Shown: positions 33,643 through 45,577, numbered from the stretch's first letter. The stretch is 64,000 bases of DNA from Thalassobaculaceae bacterium (GCA_965228875.1 OZ245843.1:2834616-2898615); one strand, 5' to 3'. Made by a program: numbers and translations. Notes: a model not told the origin generated them from the sequence alone.

Positions 33643-35343
33643 TCAGTCCTCGGCGGCCGGCAGCCGGAGGATGAAACGGGCGCCGAGTGGTCGGCCGGAG
33701 GGGCTCTTCCGGTTCTCGGCGCGGATCGAGCCCTCGTGGGCCTCGACGATCTGACGCGAGATCGACAGGCCCAGGCCGGAATGGGTACCGAACTTCTCGC
33801 CCTCCGGCCGTTCGGAATAGAACCGGTCGAACACCGCCTCGAGCTTGCCCTCCGGCAGGCCCGGTCCGTCGTCCTCGACGGCAATCACCACGTCGCCGCC
33901 TTCGCGGTGGGCGCGCAGACGCACGGTGCCGTCCGCCGGCGAGAAACTGACCGCGTTCTCGATCAGGTTGCGCAGAACCTGCACCAGCCGGCCTTCGTGA
34001 CCGCTGACCGCCAGGCGTTCCGGGTCGGCGAGTTCGGCATGCACCTGCGGACCGCCACGGTCCTCCCGGGCGGCGCCATAGACGTCGGCCAGGGTGCCCA
34101 GCAGGCCGCCGATGTCGACGCGCTCCTCCTCCTCGCGGCTGATCTCGGCGGCGATGCGCGACGCCGAGGAGATATCGGTGATCAGCCGGTTCAGCCGCTC
34201 GACGTCATCGACGATCACCGCCAGCAGCCGGCGCTGGCGTTCCGGATCCTCGATCCGCGACGCGGTCTCGACCGCGCTGCGCAGGGAGGTCAGCGGATTC
34301 TTGATCTCGTGCGCGACGTCGGCGGCGAACCCCTCGATGGCGTCGAGCCGCCGCCACAGCTCCTCGGTCATCGCCCGGATCGAGCGAGAGAGATCGCCGA
34401 TCTCGTCCCTACGACCGCCGAAGTCGGGGATGTCCATGCGCCGGTGGCGGTTGCTGCGCACCTGCTCGGCGGCGTGGGCGAGGCGCTGGATCGGTCGGGT
34501 GATCGTACCGGCCAGATAGAGCGACAGCAGGACCGTGACCAGCAGCGTGAAGGCGAAGATGCTCAGGATCTCGAACCGCACCTCGCGCACGGCGGTATCG
34601 ATCTCGTCGCCGGCCAGCGACAGCATCAGGGCGCCGAGCACCTGCTTGTAGCGTTGCACCGGAACCGCCGTTGACAGGATCAACCGCCCGTCCTCGGTCT
34701 TGCGCACCGCCCGGCCCGAGATGCCGTCCAGCGCCGCCGTCACCTCCTCCAGCGGCCCCGCCCCCGGCCGGTGATCGTGCCAGACCGGAAGCTGGCCGCG
34801 TCTCGGCAGCCAGTTGACCATGGCCTCGTAGAGTTCGATCGCCAGGCGGGCGAGCGGTTCGTTCTCCATCGGCGGCGGCAGCGGCACGATCCGGACCGTG
34901 CCGGCCGGCCCGGACAGCCGACGGCTGTCGGCCATGAGCAGGCCGCTCGGGTGGTACACCCGCAGCCGCGACGAGGTGACGACGGAGAGACGGCGGACGA
35001 TGCGCTGCACCCGAACCGGATCCAGTCCCTCGTCCTTGATCACATTCGGCTCGACCCCGAGTTCGCCGATCGCCCGGGCGATCACTTCGGCCTGGCGCGT
35101 CAGGGCGTCGAGTTCGCCGCGGATCAGTGCGTTCTGATAGCGGTCGAGATAGAGCACGCCGACGAATAGAATGGCGATCGACACCAAGTTGATCGCGAGG
35201 ATCCGCGCGGTCAGCCCCGACACCGACGGCCAGCGCAGCCCGAGCAGAGAGCGGCGCCGGCGCTCGCCTCGGCGGGCGCGCGGCGTCACCTGGACGTGAT
35301 CACCCGGATCAGCCCTCAACCGGTCGCGCTCCGTCGATGCCAT
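33643..35343 (-). CDS. chvG: Sensor histidine kinase ChvG/ExoS family
   Basis: TM-periplasmic-TM-HAMP layout, DVAHEIKNPLTS, RFYSERP..EKFG.HSGLGL. Confidence 0.93.
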   Translation of the reverse strand: MASTERDRLRADPGDHVQVTPRARRGERRRRSLLGLRWPSVSGLTARILAINLVSIAILFVGVLYLDRYQNALIRGELDALTRQAEVIARAIGELGVEPNVIKDEGLDPVRVQRIVRRLSVVTSSRLRVYHPSGLLMADSRRLSGPAGTVRIVPLPPPMENEPLARLAIELYEAMVNWLPRRGQLPVWHDHRPGAGPLEEVTAALDGISGRAVRKTEDGRLILSTAVPVQRYKQVLGALMLSLAGDEIDTAVREVRFEILSIFAFTLLVTVLLSLYLAGTITRPIQRLAHAAEQVRSNRHRRMDIPDFGGRRDEIGDLSRSIRAMTEELWRRLDAIEGFAADVAHEIKNPLTSLRSAVETASRIEDPERQRRLLAVIVDDVERLNRLITDISSASRIAAEISREEEERVDIGGLLGTLADVYGAAREDRGGPQVHAELADPERLAVSGHEGRLVQVLRNLIENAVSFSPADGTVRLRAHREGGDVVIAVEDDGPGLPEGKLEAVFDRFYSERPEGEKFGTHSGLGLSISRQIVEAHEGSIRAENRKSPSGRPLGARFILRLPAAED

Positions 35344-35373
35344 GCCTGCCCCCCGGCGCCCCTGTCCGCCGGC

Positions 35374-36069
35374 TCACTCGCGATACCGGTAGCCGACGCC
35401 GTACAGGGTCTCGATCTTCGAGAACTGGTCATCGGCGGACTTGAACTTCTTGCGGATCCGCTTGATGTGACTGTCGATGGTGCGGTCGTCGACATAGACG
35501 TTGTCGCCATAGGCGGCGTCCATCAGCTGGTCCCGGCTCTTCACGTGGCCGGGCCGCACGGCCAGCGCCCGCAGGATCAGGAACTCGGTCACCGTCAGCG
35601 GCACCGGGCTGCCGGCCCAGCTGCAGATGTGTCGCGCCCCGTCCAGCACCAGTTCGCCGCGCACGAGCGGCGCCTCGGACTGCGGATTGAACTCGTCCTG
35701 GGCCAGATCCTGGCGGCGCAGCAGCGCCCGGATCCGTTCGATCAGCAGGCGCTGGGAGAACGGCTTGCGGATGTAGTCGTCGGCGCCCATGCGGAGGCCG
35801 AGCACCTCGTCCACCTCGTCGTCCTTCGAGGTGAGGAAGATGACCGGCAGGGTCGAAGATTTGCGCAGGCGCTGCAGCAGCTCCATCCCGTCCAGCCGCG
35901 GCATCTTGATGTCCAGCACCGCCAGATCGACCGGGCGCTGATTCAGGCCGCGCAGGGCCTCCTCCCCGTCCTTGTAGGTGTGCACGTGGAAGCCCTCGGA
36001 CTCCAGCGCCATGGATACCGAGGTGAGGATGTTCTGGTCGTCGTCGACCAGCGCAATCGTGTTCGTCAT
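35374..36069 (-). CDS. chvI: OmpR-family response regulator ChvI
   Basis: [52 protein letters not shown] at 36069. Confidence 0.95.
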   Translation of the reverse strand: MTNTIALVDDDQNILTSVSMALESEGFHVHTYKDGEEALRGLNQRPVDLAVLDIKMPRLDGMELLQRLRKSSTLPVIFLTSKDDEVDEVLGLRMGADDYIRKPFSQRLLIERIRALLRRQDLAQDEFNPQSEAPLVRGELVLDGARHICSWAGSPVPLTVTEFLILRALAVRPGHVKSRDQLMDAAYGDNVYVDDRTIDSHIKRIRKKFKSADDQFSKIETLYGVGYRYRE

Positions 36070-36220
36070 GTTCCGCCCCTTTCCCGCAACGTCTCGTCGC
36101 CAGAATTCGGGTTTGTTCCCCCATTCCGGCATAGGCTTGGCGGCAATGGGGCAAGATCGGCGGGCGCCGTCACGAACCTGCCGCATTCTCGGCCGCGCCC
36201 GCCCCGTGTATAGCATGGGT

Positions 36221-36964
36221 ATGAGCGAACACGACGCCAAGTCGCCGGCCGCATCGGTCCGACGCCTGCTTCGCGGCTCCGACCGCGCGACGCTTGCGAC
36301 GCTGCAGCGGCCGGACGCCGACGGTCCGACCGGCTGGCCCTACGCCTCGCTGGTGCTGCTGGCGGTGGATCACGACGGCGCGCCGGTGCTGCTGATCTCG
36401 ACGCTCGCGGAGCACACCCGCAACCTGCAGGCCGACCCGCGTGCCAGCCTGCTCCTCGATGGCACCGCCGGTCTCGACGAACCGCTGACCGGCGCCCGCG
36501 CGACGGTGATTGGCCGGTTGGAGCGGACCGACGATCCCGAGGCCCGTCGCCGCTTTCTCGCCCGCCATCCGTCGGCCGCGATGTATGCCGGGTTCAAGGA
36601 CTTCGGCGTGTGGCGCATGACGGTCGAACGCGCCCACCTGGTCGCCGGGTTCGGCGACATCCACTGGGTCGACGCCGCCGACCTGTCGGGCCCCGCCGCG
36701 CCGGCGCTGGCGGCGCGGGAAGCCGACGTGGTCGAGCACATGAACGACGACCACGCCGACGCCATCGCGCTCTACGCGCGGGTGCTGCTCGGCCTCGACG
36801 GCGACGGCTGGGTCATGACCGGCGTCGATGCCGAGGGCGCCGACCTCCGCCTCGGTGGCCGGGTCGCACGCCTGCCCTTCGACAAGCCGATCGCGGACGC
36901 CGACGGTGCGCGGGTCGAACTGGTCCGCCTGGTCAAGCGGGCGCGGGAAGTCGAGTCGGGTTAG
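36221..36964 (+). CDS. HugZ/pyridoxamine 5'-phosphate oxidase-like split-barrel protein with DUF2470 domain
   Basis: [36 protein letters not shown]. Confidence 0.88.
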   Translation: MSEHDAKSPAASVRRLLRGSDRATLATLQRPDADGPTGWPYASLVLLAVDHDGAPVLLISTLAEHTRNLQADPRASLLLDGTAGLDEPLTGARATVIGRLERTDDPEARRRFLARHPSAAMYAGFKDFGVWRMTVERAHLVAGFGDIHWVDAADLSGPAAPALAAREADVVEHMNDDHADAIALYARVLLGLDGDGWVMTGVDAEGADLRLGGRVARLPFDKPIADADGARVELVRLVKRAREVESG

Positions 36965-37196
36965 GGCGTGCCCGCACAGCCGATCACTGTCGCTCGGCGC
37001 CGATATGAGTAAGGCCCGTCGGAAAACTGCCATCCGACGCCAGAGACGGAGGACCTGCCCGGGCAGAGCGTCGCCTCCCCTGCCTACCCATAAAGCGTTA
37101 ACAACCCGCTGGTCCTGAGTCCTGAAACCCGCCGAATTCGGGGATTTCTTGAATCGGAGTGGATTAATCCGTATATTGACGGTTGGAGACTGACCG

Positions 37197-37463
37197 ATGC
37201 TGCAACCTGTTCTGACACCGTCACCCACGAATGCAGTCCCGAATGCGGGACTGGTGGTGCCGCGTCCTGTGCAGCAGGAACAGTCCTCAAGCGCCACCCG
37301 CAACCTCACCTCCAACCCGGTTCGCCAGAACTCCCAGAGCGAGGAGGCCGGCGCCGACAGCGAGGAGGATCGCGAGCAGCGGGTCGATGGCGGTCGCGTG
37401 GTGACCTCCCTGACCCGCGGAAGCCAAGGCGGTCGGGGCGAGTTCGTCGACATCTTCGTCTGA
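37197..37463 (+). CDS. Small hypothetical protein (88 aa)
   Basis: GGAG RBS; low-complexity body ending in RGEFVDIFV. Confidence 0.7.
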   Translation: MLQPVLTPSPTNAVPNAGLVVPRPVQQEQSSSATRNLTSNPVRQNSQSEEAGADSEEDREQRVDGGRVVTSLTRGSQGGRGEFVDIFV

Positions 37464-37580
37464 TCGGAAGCCGGCATCGATGCGGCGCCGTACCCTGCGC
37501 GGGTAGCCGTCCGTAGGTTTTCCGTCGCAAATCCAGTGCTCCGTGTTGCAGAGACCTGGCGGTGCGGCCACACTTTGCCG

Positions 37581-38120
37581 ATGAGCGACATCTCCTCCCC
37601 CGGCCCGCAGGGCCCCGTCAGCCGCCGCGTGCCGCAGGGCGACAACCGCGAGCGGCTGGTGTGCGACGATTGCGGCTTCATCAACTACGTGAACCCGAAG
37701 ATCGTCGTCGGCTCGGTGGTGACGCTGGGCGACCGGTTCCTGCTGTGCCGCCGGGCGATCGATCCGCGCGACGGCTACTGGACCATACCGGCCGGCTTCA
37801 TGGAGGAGCGCGAGACGACCGCCGAAGGCGCGATGCGCGAGGCCTGGGAGGAGGCCTACGCCCGGATCGAGATCGACGCGCTGCTCGGCATCTACAACAT
37901 CCCGCGGATCAGCCAGGTGCAGATGATCTACCGCGCGCGTCTGATAGATCCCGACGTCCGCGCCGGCGAGGAGACACGCGAGGTGGGGCTGTTCACCTGG
38001 GACGAGATCCCTTGGGACGATCTTGCGTTCCCCAGCGTACACTGGGCGCTCGACCACTGGCGACAGACCCGCGACAGATCGGACTTCGCCGCCTTCCCCG
38101 AGCCTGTTCAGGGCCTCTGA
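37581..38120 (+). CDS. NUDIX hydrolase with N-terminal zinc-ribbon-like region
   Basis: [35 protein letters not shown]udix box. Confidence 0.92.
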   Translation: MSDISSPGPQGPVSRRVPQGDNRERLVCDDCGFINYVNPKIVVGSVVTLGDRFLLCRRAIDPRDGYWTIPAGFMEERETTAEGAMREAWEEAYARIEIDALLGIYNIPRISQVQMIYRARLIDPDVRAGEETREVGLFTWDEIPWDDLAFPSVHWALDHWRQTRDRSDFAAFPEPVQGL

Positions 38121-38139
38121 GCCCCTCTGGAGTGCTGCA

Positions 38140-39300
38140 ATGCATCGCATCGTCGTCGTCGGAGCGGGCCTGATCGGCGCCGCCGCCGCCCGGCACCTGA
38201 CCCGCATGGGCGAGGACGTCGCCCTGATCGCCCCGGAGGAGCCGACGGACCGGCAGTCCCATGCCGGCGTCTTCGCCAGTCACTACGACGAGGGGCGGAT
38301 CACCCGGATCCTAGACCCCGACCCGGCCTGGGGCCTTACCGCCGCCCGCTCGATCGCCCGTTACGGCGAGATCGAGGCCAACAGCGGCATCGCCTTCTTC
38401 GAGCCGGTCGGGTTCCTCAACTTCGCACCCGGCGACGGTGACCGGCTGCCCGCGGCCGACGCCGTCGGCAGGGCGAACGGCGCCCGCTTCGACAGCCTCG
38501 ATACAGGCCAACTGCGCGCCAGATTTCCCTATCTGCGCTTTGCCGACGGCGTGGCCGGACTGCACGAACACGACACCGCCGGATACGTCAGCCCGCGTCG
38601 GCTCGCCGCCGCCCAGACCGAAGCGGCACGGCGGGGCGGCGCCACCCTGGTCCGGGCCCCGGCAACCCGCGTGACGGCGACCGCCGGCGGCGTCGAGGTC
38701 GAGACGGCCGAGGGCACGGTCCGGGGCGAGCGCGTTCTGGTCGCCGCCGGCGGCTTCACCAACGCCTGGGGACTGGTGCCCAAGCCTCTCGACCTGACGG
38801 TCTATGCCCGGACCGTCGTGCTGATCCGGGTCGAGGGCGAAGTGCTGGAAGAGCTGAAGGACATGCCGTCGCTGGTGGGCGCCGGCGCCTACCTCCTGCC
38901 GCCGATCCGGTACCCGGACGGCCACGCCTACCTGAAGATCGGGGTCGGTACGGACGAGGACGCCCGACTGCGGACGGCTGGAGACCTGGACCGCTGGTTC
39001 AAGAGCGGTGGGTCGGCCGAGAACCGGGCGGAGTTCCTGGAGATCGTCGCCGGGCTGATCCCCTCGCTCGCCGGCGTCGAGGCGGTCCATACCGACACCT
39101 GCGTGACCAGCTACTCGCCGCACGGCCTGCCGATGATTGACTGGGTCGACGACGGGGGGCGGATCGCCGTGGCCGTCGCCGGCAACGGCAAGGGCGCCAA
39201 GTCGTCGGACGACTGGGGCTATGCCGGCGCGCTCCTGGTGTCCGGGCGCGACTGGGATCATCCGATCGCCCGGGACCGGCTCGCAGTCGCTTTCGCCTAA
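38140..39300 (+). CDS. FAD-dependent oxidoreductase (DAO/sarcosine oxidase-like)
   Basis: VVVGAGLIG, SHYDEGRITR, AGNGKGAK. Confidence 0.88.
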   Translation: MHRIVVVGAGLIGAAAARHLTRMGEDVALIAPEEPTDRQSHAGVFASHYDEGRITRILDPDPAWGLTAARSIARYGEIEANSGIAFFEPVGFLNFAPGDGDRLPAADAVGRANGARFDSLDTGQLRARFPYLRFADGVAGLHEHDTAGYVSPRRLAAAQTEAARRGGATLVRAPATRVTATAGGVEVETAEGTVRGERVLVAAGGFTNAWGLVPKPLDLTVYARTVVLIRVEGEVLEELKDMPSLVGAGAYLLPPIRYPDGHAYLKIGVGTDEDARLRTAGDLDRWFKSGGSAENRAEFLEIVAGLIPSLAGVEAVHTDTCVTSYSPHGLPMIDWVDDGGRIAVAVAGNGKGAKSSDDWGYAGALLVSGRDWDHPIARDRLAVAFA

Positions 39301-39450
39301 GCGGCGTCGAGGCGGCGGCGGCGCGGACGCGATGGCGAGGCGGGCCTCGCGTCCTCCGCGTCGAACACCTCTCGACACACCGGCGTGAGCCCCCCTCGCG
39401 CGGGGCTCCCGTCGCGGCGATGATGCGGTGTTCCAACCGCGAGGTCCGCA

Positions 39451-40848
39451 ATGACGCGCGCCACCGCCTTTGTCGCCCTGCTCTTCGCGCTGATCGTCGC
39501 GCCGGCCGCCCACGGCCAGGGCGCGATCGAGGAACTCGGCAGCGACCGCACCTCCCGGCTGCACGCCTTCGCGGTGTTCGGCCCGCCCGACGTCCGGCGC
39601 ACCGCGGTGGCGGAGATCGTCGAGGCCGGGGACCGAAGCGCGATTTCCACACTGATTCTGGCGCTACGCTACCGCCAGGACGGGCAGGAGCACACGATCC
39701 GCGCGCTTCAGGCCCTGACCGGCAGCAAGGCGGAAACCTGGTTCGACGTCATGCTCTGGCAGGAACGCCACCCGGAGGTCGTTCCGCACCCGAGCTACCG
39801 TCACATCAAGCTGGCGCTGTACGAACGGATCGACCCGGCGTTCCGACGCTTCCTCTCCGGCGAGCGCGGACGGCGCGACGCCATGGACATCCGTCTGGAG
39901 GAGATCGTCTGGGGCGGGGTCCGGGTGGATGGCATCCCATCGCTCGACAACCCGGATCTGGTCGCGGCGGACCACGAGGACGCGGCCTACCTGCTCGACA
40001 GCGACCTGGTCTTCGGGGTCGAGATCGAGGGCGACGCGCGGGCCTATCCGCTGCGGATCCTGGGCTGGCACGAGATGTTCAACGACGTGATCGGCGGCGT
40101 ACCGGTGGCGCTGGCCTACTGCACGCTCTGTGGTGCCGGCATCCTGTACGAGACCCGGGTAGAGGGACGGGACACGCCGTTCCGCTTCGGCTCCTCCGGC
40201 TTCCTCTACCGTTCGAACAAGCTGATGTTCGACCGGGAGACCGACAGTCTGTGGAACCAGTTCACCGGGGAGCCGGTGTCCGGCCCGCTGCGCGGCAGCG
40301 GAATCGCCCTGAAGGTTCGCCCGGTGACGATCGCCAGCTGGTCCGACTGGCGACGCGCCAATCCCGACACCCGCGTCCTCACCCTGCACACCGGACACGA
40401 GCGCGACTACGGCTCCGGCGTCGTCTACCGCGACTACTTCGCCAGTCCGGACCTGATGTTCCCGGCGTACACCGCGACGGTCGGCGGCCTTTCGGCCAAG
40501 GACTACGTCTACGGCATCCGCACCGCCGGCGGATCGCGGGCTTGGCCCCTCGCTGCGTTCGCCGATGCGCGGGTTATCAACGACAGCGTCGGCCTGAGCG
40601 AGGTGGTACTGATCGGCGATCCGGGCACCCGGACGGTGCGCGCCTTCCGCCGCGACGGCCGGACGTTTGCCGCGACGGATCGCGCGGGCGTGATGCGCGA
40701 CGACACGGGGGACTGGCTCATCGGAGAGGACGCGCTGGTCGGACCCGATGGCGAGCGTCTGCCCCGGCTTCCGGGCCATGTCGCCTACTGGTTCGCCTGG
40801 AACAGCTATCTCGGGGCCGAGAGCTCGGTGTACGGGGTGTCGGACTGA
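39451..40848 (+). CDS. Exported DUF3179 domain protein
   Basis: Signal peptide, GGV..DGIPSLDNP, RAYP..IL.WHE..ND, YCTLCG, SG.LYRSN.LM.DR.T.SLW.Q, YWFAW. Confidence 0.85.
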   Translation: MTRATAFVALLFALIVAPAAHGQGAIEELGSDRTSRLHAFAVFGPPDVRRTAVAEIVEAGDRSAISTLILALRYRQDGQEHTIRALQALTGSKAETWFDVMLWQERHPEVVPHPSYRHIKLALYERIDPAFRRFLSGERGRRDAMDIRLEEIVWGGVRVDGIPSLDNPDLVAADHEDAAYLLDSDLVFGVEIEGDARAYPLRILGWHEMFNDVIGGVPVALAYCTLCGAGILYETRVEGRDTPFRFGSSGFLYRSNKLMFDRETDSLWNQFTGEPVSGPLRGSGIALKVRPVTIASWSDWRRANPDTRVLTLHTGHERDYGSGVVYRDYFASPDLMFPAYTATVGGLSAKDYVYGIRTAGGSRAWPLAAFADARVINDSVGLSEVVLIGDPGTRTVRAFRRDGRTFAATDRAGVMRDDTGDWLIGEDALVGPDGERLPRLPGHVAYWFAWNSYLGAESSVYGVSD

Positions 40849-40857
40849 GGCCGCGGC

Positions 40858-41610
40858 CTATCCGCAGGTCGGACAGTCCAGGCGCCGGCGATAGCGGATC
40901 TCCTGCACCGACATCTCCAGCGCGTCCCATAGAACCAGCCGTCCGGCCAGCGGAGTGCCGAGCCCGAGTAGCAGCTTCAGGGTCTCGGTCGCCTGCATCG
41001 TGCCGATGACACCGGCGACGGCGCCCAGGATCCCCGCTTCCTCGCAGCGCGGGGTCAGTTCCGGGTCCGGTGCCTGCGGAAACAGGCAGCGGTAGCAGGG
41101 CTGGTCCGCCCCCGGCAGGATGGTCGTGAGCTGCCCCTCGAAGCGGGACAGCGCGCCGGCGACCAGCGGCACACCGGCGGTCCGGCAGGCATCGTTCAGG
41201 GCGTAGCGGGTGGCGAAGTTGTCGGATCCGTCGACCACCGCGTCGGCACCGGCGACGATCGCCGCGGCGTTTGCTTCAGTCAGACGCTCGGCCACCTTCT
41301 CGACCCTGATGCCGGGATTGACCCTCGCCAGGGTCTCGGCGGCGGAGTCGACCTTGGCCCGGCCGACGGCGTCGGTCATGTGCACGACCTGGCGCTGCAG
41401 GTTGGTCAGGTCGACCTCATCATCGTCGACCAGGACCAGCGTGCCGACCCCGGCGGCGGCGAGGTACAGCGACACCGGCGCGCCGAGCCCGCCGGCACCG
41501 ATCACGACGACCCGGGCGGCGAGCAGCCGCGCCTGCCCTTCCTCACCGACCTCGTCGAGGATCAGGTGACGGGCATAGCGGTGGAATTCGGCCTCGCTGA
41601 GCTCACGCAT
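40858..41610 (-). CDS. moeB: MoeB/ThiF family adenylyltransferase
   Basis: [35 protein letters not shown]-terminal CPTC. Confidence 0.88.
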   Translation of the reverse strand: MRELSEAEFHRYARHLILDEVGEEGQARLLAARVVVIGAGGLGAPVSLYLAAAGVGTLVLVDDDEVDLTNLQRQVVHMTDAVGRAKVDSAAETLARVNPGIRVEKVAERLTEANAAAIVAGADAVVDGSDNFATRYALNDACRTAGVPLVAGALSRFEGQLTTILPGADQPCYRCLFPQAPDPELTPRCEEAGILGAVAGVIGTMQATETLKLLLGLGTPLAGRLVLWDALEMSVQEIRYRRRLDCPTCG

Positions 41611-41767
41611 GACGCTGTTCTACTCCGAGATTCGGTCGCTCGCCATTCACGTCTGCGGACCGGGCCGCGGCGGGCCGGCCCCGACGCCGAACGGACATCG
41701 TCATTTCCACGGCTTCACCGTCCCCTCCCACCGTGGCACGCTCGCGGAAAAACTTGAGGGAGGAACC

Positions 41768-43054
41768 ATGGAGTTCCAGCATGCGCAATCCGTGCTCGAT
41801 CTGCGGGCGCGGATCGAGGCCTTCATGGCCGAGCACGTCTATCCGAATGAGGCGCGCTACTACGCCGAGACTGCCGAGCTCGGCCCGTGGCAGGTGCAGC
41901 CCGTCGTCGAGGAACTGAAGCCGAAGGCGAAGGCGGCCGGGCTGTGGAACCTGTTCCTGCCGGAGAGCGAGTACGGCGCCGGCCTTTCTAACCTGGACTA
42001 CGCGCCACTGTGCGAGGTGATGGGCCGGTCGCCCCTGGCGCCGGAGGTGTTCAACTGCGCCGCCCCCGATACCGGCAACATGGAGGTCCTGGTCCGCTAC
42101 GGCACCGAGGAGCAGAAGAAGCGCTGGCTGGAGCCGCTGCTGGCCGGGGAAATCCGTTCCTCCTTCGCCATGACCGAGCCGGCGGTCGCCTCCTCCGACG
42201 CCACCAACATCGAGAGCTCGATCCGGCGCGACGGCGACGAATACGTCATCAACGGGCGCAAGTGGTACACCACCGGCGCCACCGATCCGCGCTGCCAGAT
42301 CATGATCTTCATGGGCAAGTCGGACCCGGACAATCCGGACCGGCACAGGCAGCAGTCGATGATCCTGGTGCCCAAGGACACGCCGGGCGTCACCGTGATC
42401 CGGCCGATCCCGGTCTTCGGTTTCTACGCCGTGCCCGACCGCGCCTCCGAGGTCGATTTCACCGACGTGCGGGTGCCGGCCAGCAACATGCTGCTGGGCG
42501 AGGGGCGCGGCTTCGAGATCGCCCAGGGCCGCCTCGGCCCCGGCCGCATCCACCATTGCATGCGCCTGATCGGCCTGGCGGAGCGGACCCTGGAGAAGAT
42601 GTGCCGCCGGGCCGAACAGCGGGTGACCTTCGGCACGCCGGTCGCGCAGCAGACCGTGACGCTGGAGCGCATCGCCGAGGCCCGCATCCTGATCGAGCAG
42701 TCGCGGCTGCTGACCCTCAAGGCCGCCTGGATGATGGACACGGTCGGCAACAAGGAGGCGCGGGCCGAGATCGCGATGATCAAGGTCGCGGTGCCGAACA
42801 TGGCCTGCCAGGTGATCGACTGGGCGATCCAGGCTTTCGGCGGCGCCGGCACCAGCAACGATTACGGCCTCGCCTCGGCCTATGCGACGGCCCGGCTGCT
42901 GCGGCTGGCCGACGGACCGGATGAGGTTCACCGCAATCAGATCGGCCGCCTTGAGCTGCGCCGGCACCGCGAGCCCGGCAACCTGGACCGCGGCTCCAGC
43001 GATGTCGGCCCACGCCGCGCCGCGCCGGGAGAGGGCCCGTGGCCGGCGCCGTAA
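41768..43054 (+). CDS. Acyl-CoA dehydrogenase
   Basis: [54 protein letters not shown] at 41768 after GGAGG. Confidence 0.94.
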   Translation: MEFQHAQSVLDLRARIEAFMAEHVYPNEARYYAETAELGPWQVQPVVEELKPKAKAAGLWNLFLPESEYGAGLSNLDYAPLCEVMGRSPLAPEVFNCAAPDTGNMEVLVRYGTEEQKKRWLEPLLAGEIRSSFAMTEPAVASSDATNIESSIRRDGDEYVINGRKWYTTGATDPRCQIMIFMGKSDPDNPDRHRQQSMILVPKDTPGVTVIRPIPVFGFYAVPDRASEVDFTDVRVPASNMLLGEGRGFEIAQGRLGPGRIHHCMRLIGLAERTLEKMCRRAEQRVTFGTPVAQQTVTLERIAEARILIEQSRLLTLKAAWMMDTVGNKEARAEIAMIKVAVPNMACQVIDWAIQAFGGAGTSNDYGLASAYATARLLRLADGPDEVHRNQIGRLELRRHREPGNLDRGSSDVGPRRAAPGEGPWPAP

Positions 43055-44682
43055 ACCCGGCACCCCAGGACCGGTTCTGGGACGGCCGTATCGGCGCGAC
43101 GCGGGTCGAGACCCATTACGACGGGCGGGAGGTCCGCTGCTACGCCGAACGTCCGGCCGACCTGGCGGCGATGGTGCACGGTCTCGTCGCCCGATACCCG
43201 GAGCGCGACGCCGTGGTCGCCGGCGATGTCCGGCTGTCCTTCGCCGACCTGGACGACCGGGTCGGTCGGATCGCCGGCGGGCTCGCAGCGCTCGGCGCCG
43301 GGTCCGGGGACCGGGTGGCGCTGCTGCTGGATAACGGCTGGGAGTTCGTCGCCGCGCTGCTGGCCTGCAACCGTCTGGGTGCGATCTGTGTGCCCATCGG
43401 CATCCGCCAGCGCCGGGCCGAGCTTGAGTTTCTGCTCAACGATTGCGGTGCCGTGGTGCTCATCCACGCGGCGGAACTGGCGGCGAACGTACCGCCATCG
43501 GGTGAAGTGCCGGATCTTCGCCACCGGTTCGCGGTCGGCGGGGTGGTCGAAGGCACTCAACCGTTCGACGTCCTGCTCGCCGGCGGTTCGGCGGAAACCG
43601 AGGCCGAGATCGACGCGGAGGACGTCGCCGTCATCCTCTACACGTCCGGAACCACGGGACGTCCGAAGGGCGCGATGCTGACCCATTTCGGCATCATCCA
43701 GTCGTCGCTCGCCTTCTCGCGCTGCCTCTCCTTCACCGAGCGCGAGCGTTCGCTGGCGGCGATCCCCCTCAGCCATGTGAGCGGATTGGTCGGGATCTTC
43801 TATTCGACCCTGATCGCCGGCGGCGCGCTCGTGGCCATGCGGGCCGGCTACAAGGTGCCACAGCTGCTTGAGACCGCCGCGCGGGAGCGGGTCACCTACA
43901 CGATCATGGTGCCCGCCCTGTACACGCTCGCGGTGATGCAGCCGGACCTGGCAAGCCACGACCTGTCGGCCTGGCGCGTCGGATGCTTCGGCGGGGCGCC
44001 GATGCCGGAGGCGACCATCGCCAAGCTCGACCGCCTGCTGCCGAACCTGGTGCTGGTCAACGCCTACGGGGCGACCGAGACGACCTCGCCGACCACGATC
44101 ATGCCGCCGGGGCTGAACCCGGACCATCCAGACAGCGTCGGCCAGATCGTTCCCTGCGGCCGGGTCGAGATCCGTGGCGAGGACGGGAAGATCCTGGCGC
44201 CGGGCGAGACCGGCGAGCTGTGGATCTCCGGGCCGATGGTGGTGCCGGGCTACTGGAACCGGGAGGAGGCCAACCGCGAGGCCTTCGTCGACGGCGCCTG
44301 GCGCTCCGGCGATATCGGCACGGTCGATGCCGACGGCTTCGTGAAGGTGTTCGACCGGGTCAAGGACATGATCAACCGCGCCGGCTTCAAGGTGTTCAGC
44401 GCCGAGGTCGAGAACGTGCTGAACCACCATCCCGACATCGTCGAGGTGGCGGTGATCGGCCGACCCGACCCGGTCCTCGGCGAGCGGGTGCACGCCTTCG
44501 TCCACCTGACCGCCGGCAGTACGTCGGATGCCGAAGCGATCCGCGCCTATGCCGCCGAACGTCTCGCCGATTACAAGGTGCCGGAGGGGGTGACGCTGAC
44601 GGCGGACCCGCTGCCGCGCAACGCCAACGGCAAGATCCAGAAACCCGCCCTGCGCGCACAACTCACGGAATCCGCCCGATGA
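43039..44682 (+). CDS. AMP-binding acyl-CoA ligase
   Basis: [34 protein letters not shown]. Confidence 0.93.
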   Translation: MAGAVNPAPQDRFWDGRIGATRVETHYDGREVRCYAERPADLAAMVHGLVARYPERDAVVAGDVRLSFADLDDRVGRIAGGLAALGAGSGDRVALLLDNGWEFVAALLACNRLGAICVPIGIRQRRAELEFLLNDCGAVVLIHAAELAANVPPSGEVPDLRHRFAVGGVVEGTQPFDVLLAGGSAETEAEIDAEDVAVILYTSGTTGRPKGAMLTHFGIIQSSLAFSRCLSFTERERSLAAIPLSHVSGLVGIFYSTLIAGGALVAMRAGYKVPQLLETAARERVTYTIMVPALYTLAVMQPDLASHDLSAWRVGCFGGAPMPEATIAKLDRLLPNLVLVNAYGATETTSPTTIMPPGLNPDHPDSVGQIVPCGRVEIRGEDGKILAPGETGELWISGPMVVPGYWNREEANREAFVDGAWRSGDIGTVDADGFVKVFDRVKDMINRAGFKVFSAEVENVLNHHPDIVEVAVIGRPDPVLGERVHAFVHLTAGSTSDAEAIRAYAAERLADYKVPEGVTLTADPLPRNANGKIQKPALRAQLTESAR

Positions 44683-45545
44683 CCGCTTCCCAAGCCGCCC
44701 GACTTCGCTCTCTGATCGCGTCCGGCGAGATCGTCATGGCGCCCGGAGCGCCCGATTCCATCTCCGCCCGGGTCATCGAGCGGGCCGGGTTCCCGGCGAT
44801 CTACATGACCGGGTTCGGTGCCACCGCCAGCCGCCTCGGCGCGCCGGACATCGGTCTTCTGACCCAGACCGAAATGACCGAGCACGCCCGCAACATGGCC
44901 CGCGCCGTCAACATCCCGATCATCGCCGACGCCGACACCGGCTATGGCGGCCCGTCCAACATCCAGCGCACGGTGCGCGAATACGTCCAGGCGGGAGTGG
45001 CGGCGATCCATCTGGAGGATCAGGTGGCGCCGAAGCGTTGCGGCCAGCTCGCCGGCATCCGCCTGATCGACGCCGAGGAGAATGCCAGGCGGCTGGCCTG
45101 CGCCGTCGAGGCACGAGGGGACGACGACCTGCTCGTCATCGGCCGGACCGACGCCATCGGATCGCTCGGCCCCGAGGAGGCGATCCGCCGCGCCCTGCTC
45201 TACCGGGAGGCCGGGGTCGATCTGGTTTTCGTCGACGGCATCAAGACCGTCGCCGAGGTCGAGGCGGTCGCCAGGGGCATCGAAGGCCCGAAGGTGGTCT
45301 CCATCGTCGACGGCAACGAGACGGTCAGGCTGACGGCGGCCGACCTTCAGGCGATGGGATTCTCGGTGGTCCTCTACGCCGTGACCGCGCTGTTCTCGGC
45401 CACCAAGGCGGTCGCCGAGGCCATGGCCGCCCTGAAGCGCGACGGGACCCCGGCGGGCGCCGGGCCGCAGCACTCCTACGCCGAGTACTGCGCCTTGGCT
45501 GACCTGCCGTTCCACCAGGACCTCGACGACCGGTTCGGCGCGTAG
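44679..45545 (+). CDS. Isocitrate lyase/PEP mutase superfamily enzyme (lyase-type loop)
   Basis: IADADTGYGG, IHLEDQVAPKRCGQ, GRTDA. Confidence 0.88.
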   Translation: MTASQAARLRSLIASGEIVMAPGAPDSISARVIERAGFPAIYMTGFGATASRLGAPDIGLLTQTEMTEHARNMARAVNIPIIADADTGYGGPSNIQRTVREYVQAGVAAIHLEDQVAPKRCGQLAGIRLIDAEENARRLACAVEARGDDDLLVIGRTDAIGSLGPEEAIRRALLYREAGVDLVFVDGIKTVAEVEAVARGIEGPKVVSIVDGNETVRLTAADLQAMGFSVVLYAVTALFSATKAVAEAMAALKRDGTPAGAGPQHSYAEYCALADLPFHQDLDDRFGA

Positions 45546-45577
45546 AGTGTCCGGCGGCCACGGATGGGGGATGTCGG

